NCBI GenBank assembly: GCA_043228905.1
Contig: JBHGNT010000020.1
Coordinates: forward strand, 13,578,001 to 13,642,000
Direction: 5' to 3'
DNA length: 64,000 bases
Source: Azolla caroliniana
Taxonomy: Eukaryota; Plantae; Polypodiophyta
Shown: one piece after another, positions 21,100-33,155 of the stretch
Position numbering within the stretch: position 1 is the first letter of the stretch
How the letters are laid out: each line of letters begins with the position of its first letter
The notes under the pieces: model-generated
Told to the model about the DNA's origin: nothing
The model's input: the letters and a program-made list of their open reading frames with translations, nothing else
The model's database searches: none
Made by a program: the position numbers and the translations under genes

Positions 21100-24000
21100 T
21101 GTTGTGAAGAAAACCGGCCATAGGCGGAATCGGAGAGAAAGCGCGTAAACCGGCCCCTACACGGATGGACGCGTGACTGGATACTTTGTACGCGAACCGG
21201 TGTATGTGACTACTAAGCCACACGCATTTATTAGGGGGGATTGTGCGTATCCCAAAGGGGGACAGGGGAAAAAAAGGCAAGAGGAGAAAAGAAAAGAGGA
21301 TATCGCGCGCGAGGGAGAAGGGAAGCGATGCTGTAGAAGGGAAGCCGAGCTCTCTCTCTACTCCTCGAGCTGTCGTTCTCTGTGGGTCCGTCGCCGCTTG
21401 TGGGAGTGCGCTGCCTCTGCTTCGTGGATAGCCCATGTGCTTCCAACAGAGTCGCTCCCTTTTTCCCTTTGTTTCTTGGAGTCGGGTGACTGTCGTCGGT
21501 GTGCGTGAGTAAGGTCCCCGTGTCGGGTCCGTCCCCCCCACGTCAGTTGTAACTGTCAGGGATTGTAATCTCTTGTCATTATAATTAAGTGTTACGATTC
21601 TATCTCTTTCCTTCTCGCTTTTCGTGTCGGTGAATCTCTCTCTATCTCTCCCTCTCTCGCTCCTCGGTCCAAGACCCCTGTGGTCCCGCCCCTTTCCACA
21701 CGTACGCGCGTAATAACGCGACATCTTTGGTGAACCCGACGTGAAGAGGCGGCAAAGGCATTGAAAGAAGAGGGGATCGGAGCTAGCGGAGGCAATGGCG
21801 GTCGCCGTCGACCGGCTGGTGAGCGCTCATGAGGGAACGGGTACCCTCGACAGCGCCATTGAATTGATCGTCGACTCTTTTAGCCGTTTCGGAGGGAAAG
21901 ACGCCACAAGTTATTTGGAGGCTTACCGGGCCGAAATGATCATGAGGGATATCCTGGTGGACAGGCGGTTGTCCGGATTCCCCCGGGTGGTGACGTCAGG
22001 TATCCATGCGGAGGTGCTTGAGGTGCTGGCCGGATGCTAGGCTTGGGAGGAGTTCGAGCTGGAGCTCCTCGAGAAGTACGGGTTCGACAACTCGCTCCGG
22101 CTGTCGAGGCGGGACTTCATGGCGTGGGTGGAAAGCCCCAGAAAAGGGAGGAACACGTCGGTGCTCCTCGAGGAGTTCGAAAAACGGTTCACGCGGTTGT
22201 CGACGCTGGACCGGACGGTGCTCGAAACAAGTCGAGTGTTGTTGTTTGTCAAGTCAGTGGATGCGCTCGACAGGGAAAAGGTGGGTCCCCTACTGGAAAC
22301 GGACGAAGGGCTCACGACGGATTGGGCCGTGGTAAAACGGGTCTGCAGCCGTTTCGACAAACGGCGCGATTGGAGCGACGGAAGCACGTCTGGGTCAGGG
22401 CCGGTCCTGGGGAGGAGGCTCGAGGAGCCGGTTTCGGTGCCGGTTGGGAGGAAGGAAGAGACCCGAATCTGGCCGGAGTCGTGGTCGGCATCGAGGGACG
22501 TGGTCAGAGGCCCATCCGGAGGAGCGGCTCTGGAGGAGCTAACACATATGGTGCGCGACCTGCAGATCGCACAAGCCCGGAGAGACAGCGGTGAACAACC
22601 TCACGACCGGAGGCCGCTGGTTGGGCAGCGGTGCATGTGGTGTGACACGAGCGGTCACATTCGGAAGGATTGCGCGGATTTCGCCGACATGCTCAGGATC
22701 AACGTGGTGTACCTCTGGAACGGGCGGGTGCACGCGAGCAAGACCCGGAGAGCCCTAGAACTGAATACGGGGCGCGGCGGAATGAAGAGGTTAATGGAAG
22801 AGGTCGCGGCATGGCACGTCGAAGCCGTTAACTACTCAATGTCGGCGGGAATTCGGGTCGGGGGTGATGAGACCCGGAAGGCGAAGGACTCTGGATTCTG
22901 GCCGCTAGTGCTAGAAGGCCTCTCCGGAGTTCGGCTGAGGAAGGAAGAGGCGGACCGCGCGGAACAGCGGTCCAGGAGGTCACCGGTTGGGACGATCTGG
23001 TCGAAGAGAAAACGGGCTTCGTAGAAGCCGCTTGCCAGAACTACGAGGTTCTGGTGGAGGACAAACGGGCTGGAAAGGCCGGAGGGGTTGGGGCCCCGAG
23101 GTATGAGACCCGGTTCGGACCGAAACCGACCGGTGCCGGCAACCCAGGCGTGCCGGATGGGAAGAAGCAGGCGGGGTTTCAGTTGAGCACCGAAATCGAG
23201 AGAGCAACGGACCTACGAAAGGTCCTTGAAGAGCGGATTGTCGACAGTAAAGTGGAGCTGTCGTTGCGGGAGGTGCTGGGAATCGCCAAGAGGGAGTTCC
23301 ACGACTCTATCGTAGACTTGGTGAAGCGGAAGAGGCTCTCGACGGAGCCGGAACCGGAGAAGCCGGTGGAAGTGCAGACCACACACCTAGAAGACGGAGC
23401 CTTGGAAGATGAGCTAGCGGGAAGCCACTACACGAAGCCGCATTGGGCCAGGGCGACTACGGAAACCCCAGTACGGATCCGCAACGTTCTGGAACCAGTG
23501 GTGGCGTTGGTAGACCATGGATCCGAAATCAACCTGATGTCCATGGATTTCTACAAGAAGGGTAATTGGCCGATCAACACCAAGCATGGTTGGAAGATAC
23601 AGGCAACGATGCGCGCCACGGAAGAACTACATGGGGCCTGTCCGAATGTACGGGTGAAAATCGGCGATGTCGAGATAGACCAGCAGTTCTTCATGCAGGA
23701 GACGTCCTCGCATCCGGTTATACTGGGAGAACCATATATCACAGCAGCACGGATGGAGACCAAGGTGCTGGACAACGGTTCAGCCTATGCAAGAGTCAAG
23801 AGCCAGGACGGGCATCACTCGGTCCAGTTCCTAACGGTGTGACCAAACCACGAGCATAACCGCGAGGCCCTCGGCAACGAAACCCGATTGGATTTTTAGA
23901 GAGGGCTGTCAAGGCGTGGGGCCGCGATAGTCCGAACACCCGGGAAGAACCCCACAAATGTACAGTACGAAAGAAGACATGTACCATAGATAGGAAATTT

Positions 24001-27000
24001 TGGTTCTCCGAACGCAGAGGTTGTACTATAACCAACGTCGGCGGCAGGGAGAGGAAGCGAGTGGAGGAGCGGCTCAGGGGATGCGGAGTCCTCTTCCCCG
24101 ACGAGGGCATCAGCAGCGCCGTGGAGGCGGTCTCTTTTGACGACACCTTGGGCGAACTACGAAAGGTGATCGGTGAAGACCTTAGACAAGACCGGACCGT
24201 TCCGGTGGGGTCAATAGGAATGTACGAAGTCATCGCAGACTTAGGGGAAAGGATCGGGTCGAATCGGACGGCCCGCGTGGATACGAAATACAAGAATGTG
24301 GACCGGAAGGTGAGGCCAGTCGCGGCACCCTTGCCGGAGGGCAGCGAGGAGCGGATAAAGGGGGTCGCGTCGGACCCAAGTTTATGAAATCCGGCTGGCA
24401 TAGGGCACCGGTTCACCGACATAACGCTACAGGAGCTCAAGGTCGGTGGGGGCGGCTTCCTACTGCCGGTGGAGGAGGACCGGTTTCGGAGAATGCTCGA
24501 GAGGCACGGGAAGGCTTTCGCATTCTCACAGGAGGAGATCGGGTGCGTAGACCCGACAGTTGTCGAACCGATGGTGATCTTCACGGTACCACATGTACCG
24601 TGGAATCTCAAGCCGATTCCGGTGCCGAGAGCTCACATCCTGAAGTTGATGGAGCTCCTAAAGCAAAAGATGGAGATGGGCATCCTCGAACCATCGAGTG
24701 CCCCGTATTCGAATCGGTGGTTTACGGTGCCGAAGAAGAACGACACGCTGCGCTTCATCCAGGACCTACAACCGGTCAACAAGGTGACCATCCGTAACGC
24801 AGGGATCGGACCGACCATAGACGAGTTCGCGGAGGCCTTCGCTAGAAGGTCGATCTATTCTGTCAGTGATCTGTACTCGGGGTACGATCAGTTCCAACTA
24901 ACTGTGGAGAGTAGAGACATTACGACGATGCGGACTCCTCTCGGCCTGGTGCGGATGTGTACCCTGCCACAAGGAGGGACGAACTCAGTGGCTCACATGG
25001 TGAACGCGATGAACAAAGTGCTCAGGGATTGTATCCCGGACATCACCATGTCGTTCTTAGACGACATCCCGATCAAGGGATGCCCGGTGGAGAAAAGGAA
25101 CGAGGCAATTGGGCCGAACGGATGTCGGAATTTCGTGGCATCCCACATCAATGACTGCGAGAAGGTGCTGCAGAGACTAGAGCGCGCGAGGCTCACCTTC
25201 TCCGGGGAAAAGTCGGCCTTCGGACAGTCGGAGATCTTGGTGGTCGGACACTTGTGCGGGCCTTACGGTAGGAAACCGTCTCCGGCAAAGGTAGAGGCCA
25301 TCTCCGCGATGAGGAACGTTTGCGGGTCGGTCACGGAGGTCCGCAGATTCTTGGGGCATGCGTGTTCTACCACATCTGGATCCCGCACTACGCACATGTC
25401 GCGGAACCCCTCTACGGACTATTAAAAAAGGGGCGTAGCTTTGAGTGGAGGACAGAGCACACGGAGTCGGTTCGGAGACTAAAGGAGGCGCTTACGGCAG
25501 CGCCGGCTCTCCGTAAAGCGGTTTACGGCAAGGATGTTCCCATCTGCGTAACGGTGGACACCAGCCCGACCGGGATCGAGTGGGTAATCAGTCAGGAGGA
25601 CAAGGGCGGCGCACGATTCCTGATCCGGTTCGGGGCGAAGGTATTGAGCGAGCGACAACGAGGGTACGCCAAGGATTATCTGATCGGGACGGAGGTGATT
25701 ATCGAGACGGACTACCTACCAATACTCGGCATGGTTTCCGGATGCGTGACGCCGGACCCAGCAATGCTTCGGTGGATAGCGTACATTAAGTCCCTGAACC
25801 CGGAGATACGGCACATCTCAGGAAAGGACAACGCCATGGCCGACATGCTTTCGAGGGCAAGGTTCAACGACAAAGACGGCATGGTTTCTGAAGACGAAGA
25901 AGTCGGCGAGGACTTCTTCGGGTCGGCTAACGTAACGACGAGGAAAGGGAACACTCCGGCGCTTAACGAATTTGACGAAAGCAGGTACGACGGGGAGTGG
26001 CTCCAAATCGGGAGGTTCCTATGGACGATGACGCAGGACACAGCATGGGCGAGAGAGGAGGTGAGCCGGATACGGAGGAAGGCGTATCGATTCTTCCTGT
26101 GGGACGGGTGCATATGGAGGCACCCAAAGAAGAGAAGCGGCATTCCACTCCGAGTAGTGGCAAAGAAAGAAGAACAGGGGAAACTACTAACGGCATTTCA
26201 CGAGAGCCCCTAGGCCGGACACCGCGGAACGTGGGCCACTTTCAAGAAGCTGAAGGAGAAGTACTGGTGGCCGGGGCTGTACCAGGACGTGCATCGGTTC
26301 GTAACGACTTGCGAGAGCTGTCAGATGCACTCCGTAGTCCAACACTAGGACGAGCTACACCCGACCTACCCGCCTACGGTCCATTTCAAGTGGATGGTGG
26401 ACTTGGTGACGATGCCGATGGGGGTAGGACAGATGCAATACCTAGTGCTTGCACGGGAAAACTTAACGAACCAGGTGGAAGGCCGTGCACTGCAAAGCAA
26501 GACAACTGCAACGGTATGCCGGTTCCTGATCGAAGAAGTAGTGTGTCGATACGAGTGCGTCGGGAGGATCGTGGCGGACCGGGGAGAGCTGGATGCGCGG
26601 GAGGCCGAGGAGCTGTTCGACCGGCTGGGCGTCAAACTCTCCCTCACCACAGCGTACAATCCGGAGGCGAACGGAAAGGCGGAACGTGGGCACAGACCGA
26701 TTGTAAAGGCGTTGGTGGGTGCATGCGGTGGGCAGGTCGGGAATTGGCCGCGACTCCTTCCTTACGCGCTATGGGCGGACCGGACTACGCACAGTTTGGT
26801 GACAGGGTTTATGCCGGCAGAGCTAATGTACGAACAAAAGCCGATCATGCCGGTGGAACGGACGGTTTCTTCGTGGGCGGCGGTAGATTGGAAGGACGAA
26901 ATGAGCAGGGAGGAGTTGCTGGCGGCGCGGATTCGGCAGCTCGAGCGGAGGCCGGAGGACGTGATGCAGGCGAAGGAAAAGTTGTGAGCGGCGAGGGAGC

Positions 27001-28028
27001 GTAACAAGACCCTGTTCAACCGGACACACTGGTTGCGACCAAAGAAGATCGAGGAAGGCAGCTGGGTCTTGCTATACGACAGCAGCCTCGACAATCAGCA
27101 CAAGGCGGTGCAAAAGTTTGCTAGGAGATGGTTCGGGCCCTACATGGTGACGAGTGTGAACGGCAATGGCACGTACCACCTCGCGGAGCTCGATGGGACA
27201 CGGTTAGCGGTGCCGGTGGCCGGAAAGCGGATCAAAGCTTTCAAAAAGCGGTTCGAAGACGAGCCAGAGCCTACGGGCGGGAGCGACAACGACGAACAGT
27301 TTGGGTCCGGCAGAGAACCGGAGAGCAACAAGTGAGGTCGGGTTTCTTCAATATCTACCCGTCTCTGGCGCATACCGGTGGATGCGCGGTTTGGTGGGGG
27401 TGGATGTCGTGAAGAAAACCGGCCATAGGCGGAATCGGAGAGAAAGCGCGTAAACCGGCGCCTACACGGATGGACGTGTGACTGGATACTTTGTACGCAA
27501 ACCGGTGGATCTGACTACTAAGCCACACGCATTTATTAGGGAGGATTGTGCGTATCCCAAAGGGGGACAGGGGAAAAAAAGGCAAGAGGAGAAAAGAAAA
27601 GAGGATATCGCGCGCGAGGGAGAAGGGAAGCGCTGCTGCAGAAGGGAAGCCGAGCTCTCTCTCTACTCCTCGAGCCGTCGTTCTCTGTGGGTCCGTCGCC
27701 ACCTGTGGGAGTGCGCTGCCTCTGCTTCGTGGATAGCCTGTGTGCTTCCAACAGAATCGCTCCCTTTTTCCCTTTGTTTCTTGGAGTCGGGTGACTGTCG
27801 TCGGTGTGCGTGAGTAGGGTCCCCGTGTTCGGTCCGTCGCCGCCACGTCGGTTGTAACTGTCAGGGATTGTAATCTCTTGTCATTATAATTAAGTGTTAC
27901 AATTCTATCTCTTTCCTTCTCGCTTTTCGTGTCGGTGAATCTCTCTCTGTCTCTCCCTCTCTCGCTCCTCGGTCCAAGACCCCCGTGGTCCCGCCCCTTT
28001 CCACACGTACGCGCGTAATAACGCGACA
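21100..28028 (+). mobile_element. Element C: full-length GC-rich non-chromovirus Ty3/Gypsy, tRNA-Trp primed
   Basis: 624-bp LTRs 21100-21723 and 27405-28028. 4-bp TSD ACGG at 21096-21099 and 28029-28032. Gag with CMWCDTSGHIRKDC, PR ALVDHGSEIN, RT DLYSGYDQ/LPQG/FLDDIPIKG, RNase H, integrase with WFGPY; no chromodomain. Several stops and frameshifts. Confidence 0.95.
21728..21745 (+). promoter_or_regulatory. PBS complementary to tRNA-Trp(CCA) 3' end
   Basis: TGGTGAACCCGACGTGAA is the reverse complement of TTCACGTCGGGTTCA-CCA, the 3' end of plant cytosolic tRNA-Trp (recalled, not searched). Confidence 0.85.
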
Positions 28029-28235
28029 ACGGCTCGCCCCAAGACATCAAAACTCGGTGAATCACTGTAACTGTTACGTTAGGGTCATTGTGAACATTGG
28101 GGTATGTAAAATGAAGACGTGACGTTCAACTGACCTATTATAAGCCAAGCATCCCACCAAGTGCATTTGAACAAGGCACTCATCATTGATGTCTTTGGGG
28201 AGCCTCCGCATATGCGTGTGTTTCTTTTGTTCTAA
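28029..28235 (-). pseudogene. Sola/DUF7869-like DNA transposase, upstream segment
   Basis: HMRRLPKDINDECLVQMHLVGCLAY../YPNVHNDPNVTVTVIHRVLMSWGEP joins in frame to FPRVLYIQLDN (15592) after B and C are removed. Confidence 0.8.
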
Positions 28236-28445
28236 TATCCATAGGGCTTCCCGATTTCTTTTCTTGACCAGAAATAGGGGCAACCACATTAGAGTCAATT
28301 ACGTTGTTGTTAGGTTGACCACCCATGATCTTCGATGTTTCATTGGCATTACCTTCATTGTCTGTATCTTTATTGACATTGTATTCTTCGATAGAGAACT
28401 CTTCACATGAGTCGTTATTCACATGAGGTATAGGAGAAGATGAGC

Positions 28446-31400
28446 TCAAACAATAAAATCCATCGAGATACTTTCCCTTTTGTTGTTGGGAATATCTAAG
28501 GGATGTAAAAGACTAGCCGCTTTAAATCGTTTTGACTTATTAATCTGACATTGTAAGCATTGAGTCATGTATTTATGCATGCCAAAGCGCATGTTAGGCC
28601 AGAAAAAAGTACTCGAGCTTAGAACGAATGTGTGTTGTATTCCCGGATGACCAGAAGATGGTGCATCATGACATTCATGAAGGATTTTCTGTTTTATGTT
28701 TGGTAAATCTAGAACACAAACCTTTCCATTATGGTAGAGCAAACCGTTTGTAATGTGAAAGGTCGCCTTCGAGGGTAGGGTGCTAGTAACGACATTTAAA
28801 CCAGATTTGGCTTTCGTCCAGTATTTCGAGAAATAACTGTCATCAACGTATTTCCCTCAGAGGTGATCTAAAAGATCAGATTTTATTTCCGTGAAGCTAA
28901 GCATGTTAACTTCTTTAATGCGACTAAGAGCATCTGTGTAAAGAATCGAGAGTGATTCTGCGCAGAGGAAGGACTGTGTGTGTGTGTGTGAATCGAGAGT
29001 GAATCGAGAGAGAGAGAGGGGGGGAGGGGGGGGGAGGGAGAGAGCTCTTAAAACAAGAAATTGTATATTACGTCCAACAGTAACTAGGTTACAAGAGGTT
29101 GGTTAATATACCAACTTCTCTAGGGCAAGTGCCCAAGTTTCTACAAATTACAAAACTATCCTAGTACGATGTCCACTGACTAGTGTGAACACTCTCTCTA
29201 TGGGAAGTTGAGTTTGATGCTCAACACGCCCCTTTGATGTGTTTAGTCTATGCGTGGAATACCGGGTTTCGAGCGACGTAGATATTGCTCATGTTATCGC
29301 CGAAGAGGCGAATTGGATATGTTATGCGAACACGTAGGTCCTTCAAGCTGCGTTTAAGCCAGACAGCTTTTCACGCTGCGACTACTGTGCCCCTGTATTC
29401 GGCCTCCGGGGGGGAGGGAGAGAGCTCTTAAAACAAGAAATTGTATATTACGTCCAACAGTAACTAGGTTACAAGAGGTTGGTTAATATACCAACTGCTC
29501 TAGGGCAAGTGCCCAAGTTTCTACAAATTACAAAACTATCCTAGTACAATGTCCACTGGCTAGTGTGAACACTCTCTCTATGGGAAGTTGAGTTTGATGC
29601 TCAACACGCCCCTTCTCAACACGCCCCTTTGATGTGTTTAGTCTATGCGTGGAATACCGGGTTTTGAGCGACATAGATATTGCTCATGTTATCGTCGAAG
29701 AGGCGAATTGGATCTGTTATGCGAACACGTAGGTCCTTCAAGCTGCGTTTAAGCCAGACAGCTTTTCACATTGCGACTACTGCGCCCTTGTATTCGGCCT
29801 CCGTGCCCGACAGTGCGAATGTCAGTTGCTTCCTGCTGCTCCAGGAGATCGCTTTGCTGCGGAGGGAGAAGAGGAATCCAGAAATGGATCGTCTATCGGC
29901 TTTATAATCGGCCCAGTCTGCATCTGTTTACCCTTCCAGTTGAATAAGCGTATTCGACTTATACATGATGTCGTAATCCATCGTCGTACTGACATACCTA
30001 AGTATCCTATTAGCACAATCGAGATGATCATTTCGTGGATTCTGCATAAATTGGCTAAGTAGGCCAACTAAATAGTTGAGGTCGAGTCATGTAATCATCT
30101 AATCACTAACATCGATTTCGATTGAGAAAAGCTTGGAAGGGTCTGGTAAAAGAAGAGTTGAGCCTAACACACATGCTCTATGAGTGTCACAAATGATTTG
30201 TCAAGTTGTTCATTCCATAAAATTGGTTTGACAGACTTACGTGGATGATCTTTTAAAATGTTAGTTAATGGCGTAGTCAATTTAGAATATTAGGAATTGA
30301 TTTTCGTAAAAATCCAATAAATCCTAAGAATGATCGAAGTTCACAAATATTACGAGGAATGGGCCAAAGTTTAACCTTTTCAATACGAGAAGTTTCAATT
30401 TCAACGCCATTTTCCATAATTAAATGACCTAGGTACACAATAGATTTTTGGAAAAAATCACATTTTGCATGCTTTGCATAGAAAGAGTTGTCACACAACT
30501 TTTGCAAAACAAATCGAACATGTTGAACATGATCTTGCAAGGTACGGGTATATATCAAAATATCATCCAAGAAGACGTCAACAAAATCACTGAGTTGATC
30601 GCAGAAAACGTCATTCATCGCTTGTTGGAATGTGGTTGGAGCATTAGTCAACCTGAAAGGCATGACTAAAAACTCATTATGGCCATAACGCGTACGAAAA
30701 ACAGTTTTAGGAATATCATCCTCGGCCATGCGAATCTGATGATAACCTGTTCGTAAGTCAATTTCCGTAAAATATCGGGCCCCATGCAAACGATCAATCA
30801 AATCATCGGCACGAGGTAACGGATATGCATGTTTAATTGTCGAGTAATTGTTGTTCATAATGTGGTAATTTTGTGGCTTCAATAGAAAAATAATAAAATT
30901 GAAGTGCAAGATCAATTAGACACGAATAAATTAATGAACTAGAATACTCACTTAAAGATTTAGAAGACACAAGTGAACAAGAAGGACGTTTGGAATATTG
31001 AATAAAACGTTTACAATTATGATTGAGTGATTAACCCAATCAATGTACAAAGAAAGGTTTTTATTAAAAAACCAAGGGTATCCTAAAATGACATTTGCGG
31101 ATTGTAGTTTCATAACATGAAAGTCAAGCTTCTCCAAATAGGTATCTATTTCAATTGGCAATTGACAAACAATGCCGCTGATGTATTGAACACTTCCATT
31201 TGCCATGTGAACTTGATAGGTATGATCACTTGCGTTTACGTGGAGTTGCATTTGCTGCACAAAGTGATCATTAAGAAAATTGTGAGAACTACCGGAATCA
31301 AACATGAAATGTGTTTATGTTCTATTGATATACCCGATTGCTCGGAGTAAATCATTACGTCCAAGTAAATGTGAAGGAAAAGTGCATTCACATGCACTTA

Positions 31401-33155
31401 AGTGGTTGGTATGAACTTCAATAACATCAAAAGACTCACATGTGTGACTAGTAGATTTGTCTTGAGGAGGGTTGTTGATTGACTTCCTCTCAAGAAGACG
31501 ACAAGTATCCTTTGTGTAGCCCCGCTTCTGGCGATATGCACAGAAGAGGTTCGGTTTCTTGGAGTTGCGATCAAGAGTGTCACTAGATTGCTTACGTTTC
31601 CCAATGAACTTGACAGTTTTGGTGAACTCAGGTATATCGTGAACTTTCTTGGAAGTCCTATGGTACCGAAGTACAATATTGACGGCTTCCTTGAAAGTTG
31701 AGGAGTCATTATCATAAACAATCCAATGGTAATCCCCATTGGGAATACCATTCAAAAAACAAGCGACAAACTATTTCTCACTCGTAAGTCTTGATTTTTA
31801 GATCTAGGTTAGAGCATGATGCACATAATCCTCGAGAGAGGTAAATGGCTTACTCGACAACGTGAGCAAGTGTTGCGCTTGTTCGGTTTTAGAAGGTGGA
31901 TGCAAGAACTATTTCTTAAAAACATCAACGAAACATTCCCAAGTTGTGGGTAAGTTCTTTGCAATCCTTAGGTCATGCCACCAAGCAGCAGCTTGGCCAC
32001 ATAACTCAAGACCGACATAACCTATTTTTACAGCATCCGGCTTGGGTCGAGCTCAAAGTGAGACTCCCAACGACCAAGGCAAGTGCTAATGGTCTCCATG
32101 GTTCTTTCTTTCTTATCTCTCTTGAATGGCGTGACTACGAAAGAAAGTTCACCTTCTTTCTTGGACTCAATAGTCAATTCTTGAATTTTCTTTTCCAATG
32201 CCATATTGGCCTGCCTCATTTCGGCCAATTGATTCAAGGTAGTAGTGAGCAATTGCTGAATAGTGATCCCAGCTTGTGTGTGAGATGCAAATTAGAGTTG
32301 AGAGGTCTTGATCAGAGAGATTGCCTGAACCACGTTCAAAACTTGTTCCATGATGCAAGTTGTGGGTATTCAATATAAATGAGGTTCAAAAAATACACAG
32401 CAAAATGAATGCTTGAAAATTTGATTGGAAGAACTTTACCAAGAAAGCATCTCATGTCTTTACTCCGCTACACGTATGAGATGTGATTCGAGATCCGATA
32501 ACTATTGTAACACTATGGTGTTTTAAAAACCATGGGGGAAAACATAGCTAAGATGTCTTTCTTGGATCTCTATCTTGAATAATCATGGCAGTTCCCCGAG
32601 GCTCAACCATGGTTCTAACATCAATGTAGTTTCCTAATTAGCCTTATATTAGAATGTCAGCCCAACATGTATTGATATGGTCAAGAAAGTGTATTACGTG
32701 AAAAAAGAAGTGCACTCACAAGTAATATTCTAGTATTGTCAGTAACAAGCAAATGTCATGATAAAAACGATAAAATAAGGCACTACCCTAAGAGTTAAAG
32801 AGTGGCGAGAACAAGGGTAAAAGAGAAACCCATGTGCTACCTACTAAAAGAAAAAACAATTTCACAAATAAATTGATGGTGCGAGGTATGCACATATACA
32901 TCCCACTATGATGGTTGTAATTTGCTCAATTGTGACATAAGCCACAAGTTGATACAAATGGTGGTGGTATTGTGTACAAAGATGTAGTACTAAAATTTAT
33001 AAGTAAAACATCAATAGGGAAACTCATGTGGTTTCACTTGAGTTCTAAGGATCAATAATATGAGTTAAACCTAGATGACACGTTGGAAAAAAATGTTCAA
33101 GAAGTGGCATGATGCCCACTCCATACGAAAAAATAGTCTACACAAAAGCGTTACA
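28446..33155 (-). mobile_element. Element D: older, 3'-truncated Ty3/Gypsy (probably tRNA-Met primed)
   Basis: Gag ~32300-31330; PR FDSGSSHNFL (31305); RT DLRTGYHQ..FLDDILIY (30840-30277); integrase HHCC..SMDFIV (28935-28446). Candidate 5' LTR 33155-32625 followed by degenerate Met-type PBS (tgatgttagaacc). Confidence 0.75.
28937..30100 (-). mobile_element. Ty1/Copia 3' fragment (RT/RNase H end, PPT, LTR) inside element D, with ~380-bp tandem duplication
   Basis: SWSSRKQLTFALSGTEAEYKGA-type Copia RNase H. PPT aaaggggcg|tgttgag ending at 29226 and repeated at ~29606-29621. 29030-29407 is repeated at 29408-29801. Confidence 0.8.

Noticed and set aside
21089-21724. 211-aa and 236-aa (27355-28065) antisense ORFs over C's LTRs, and other overlapping ORFs in C
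   Set aside because: Expected shadow ORFs in GC-rich DNA; no motifs and non-ATG starts.
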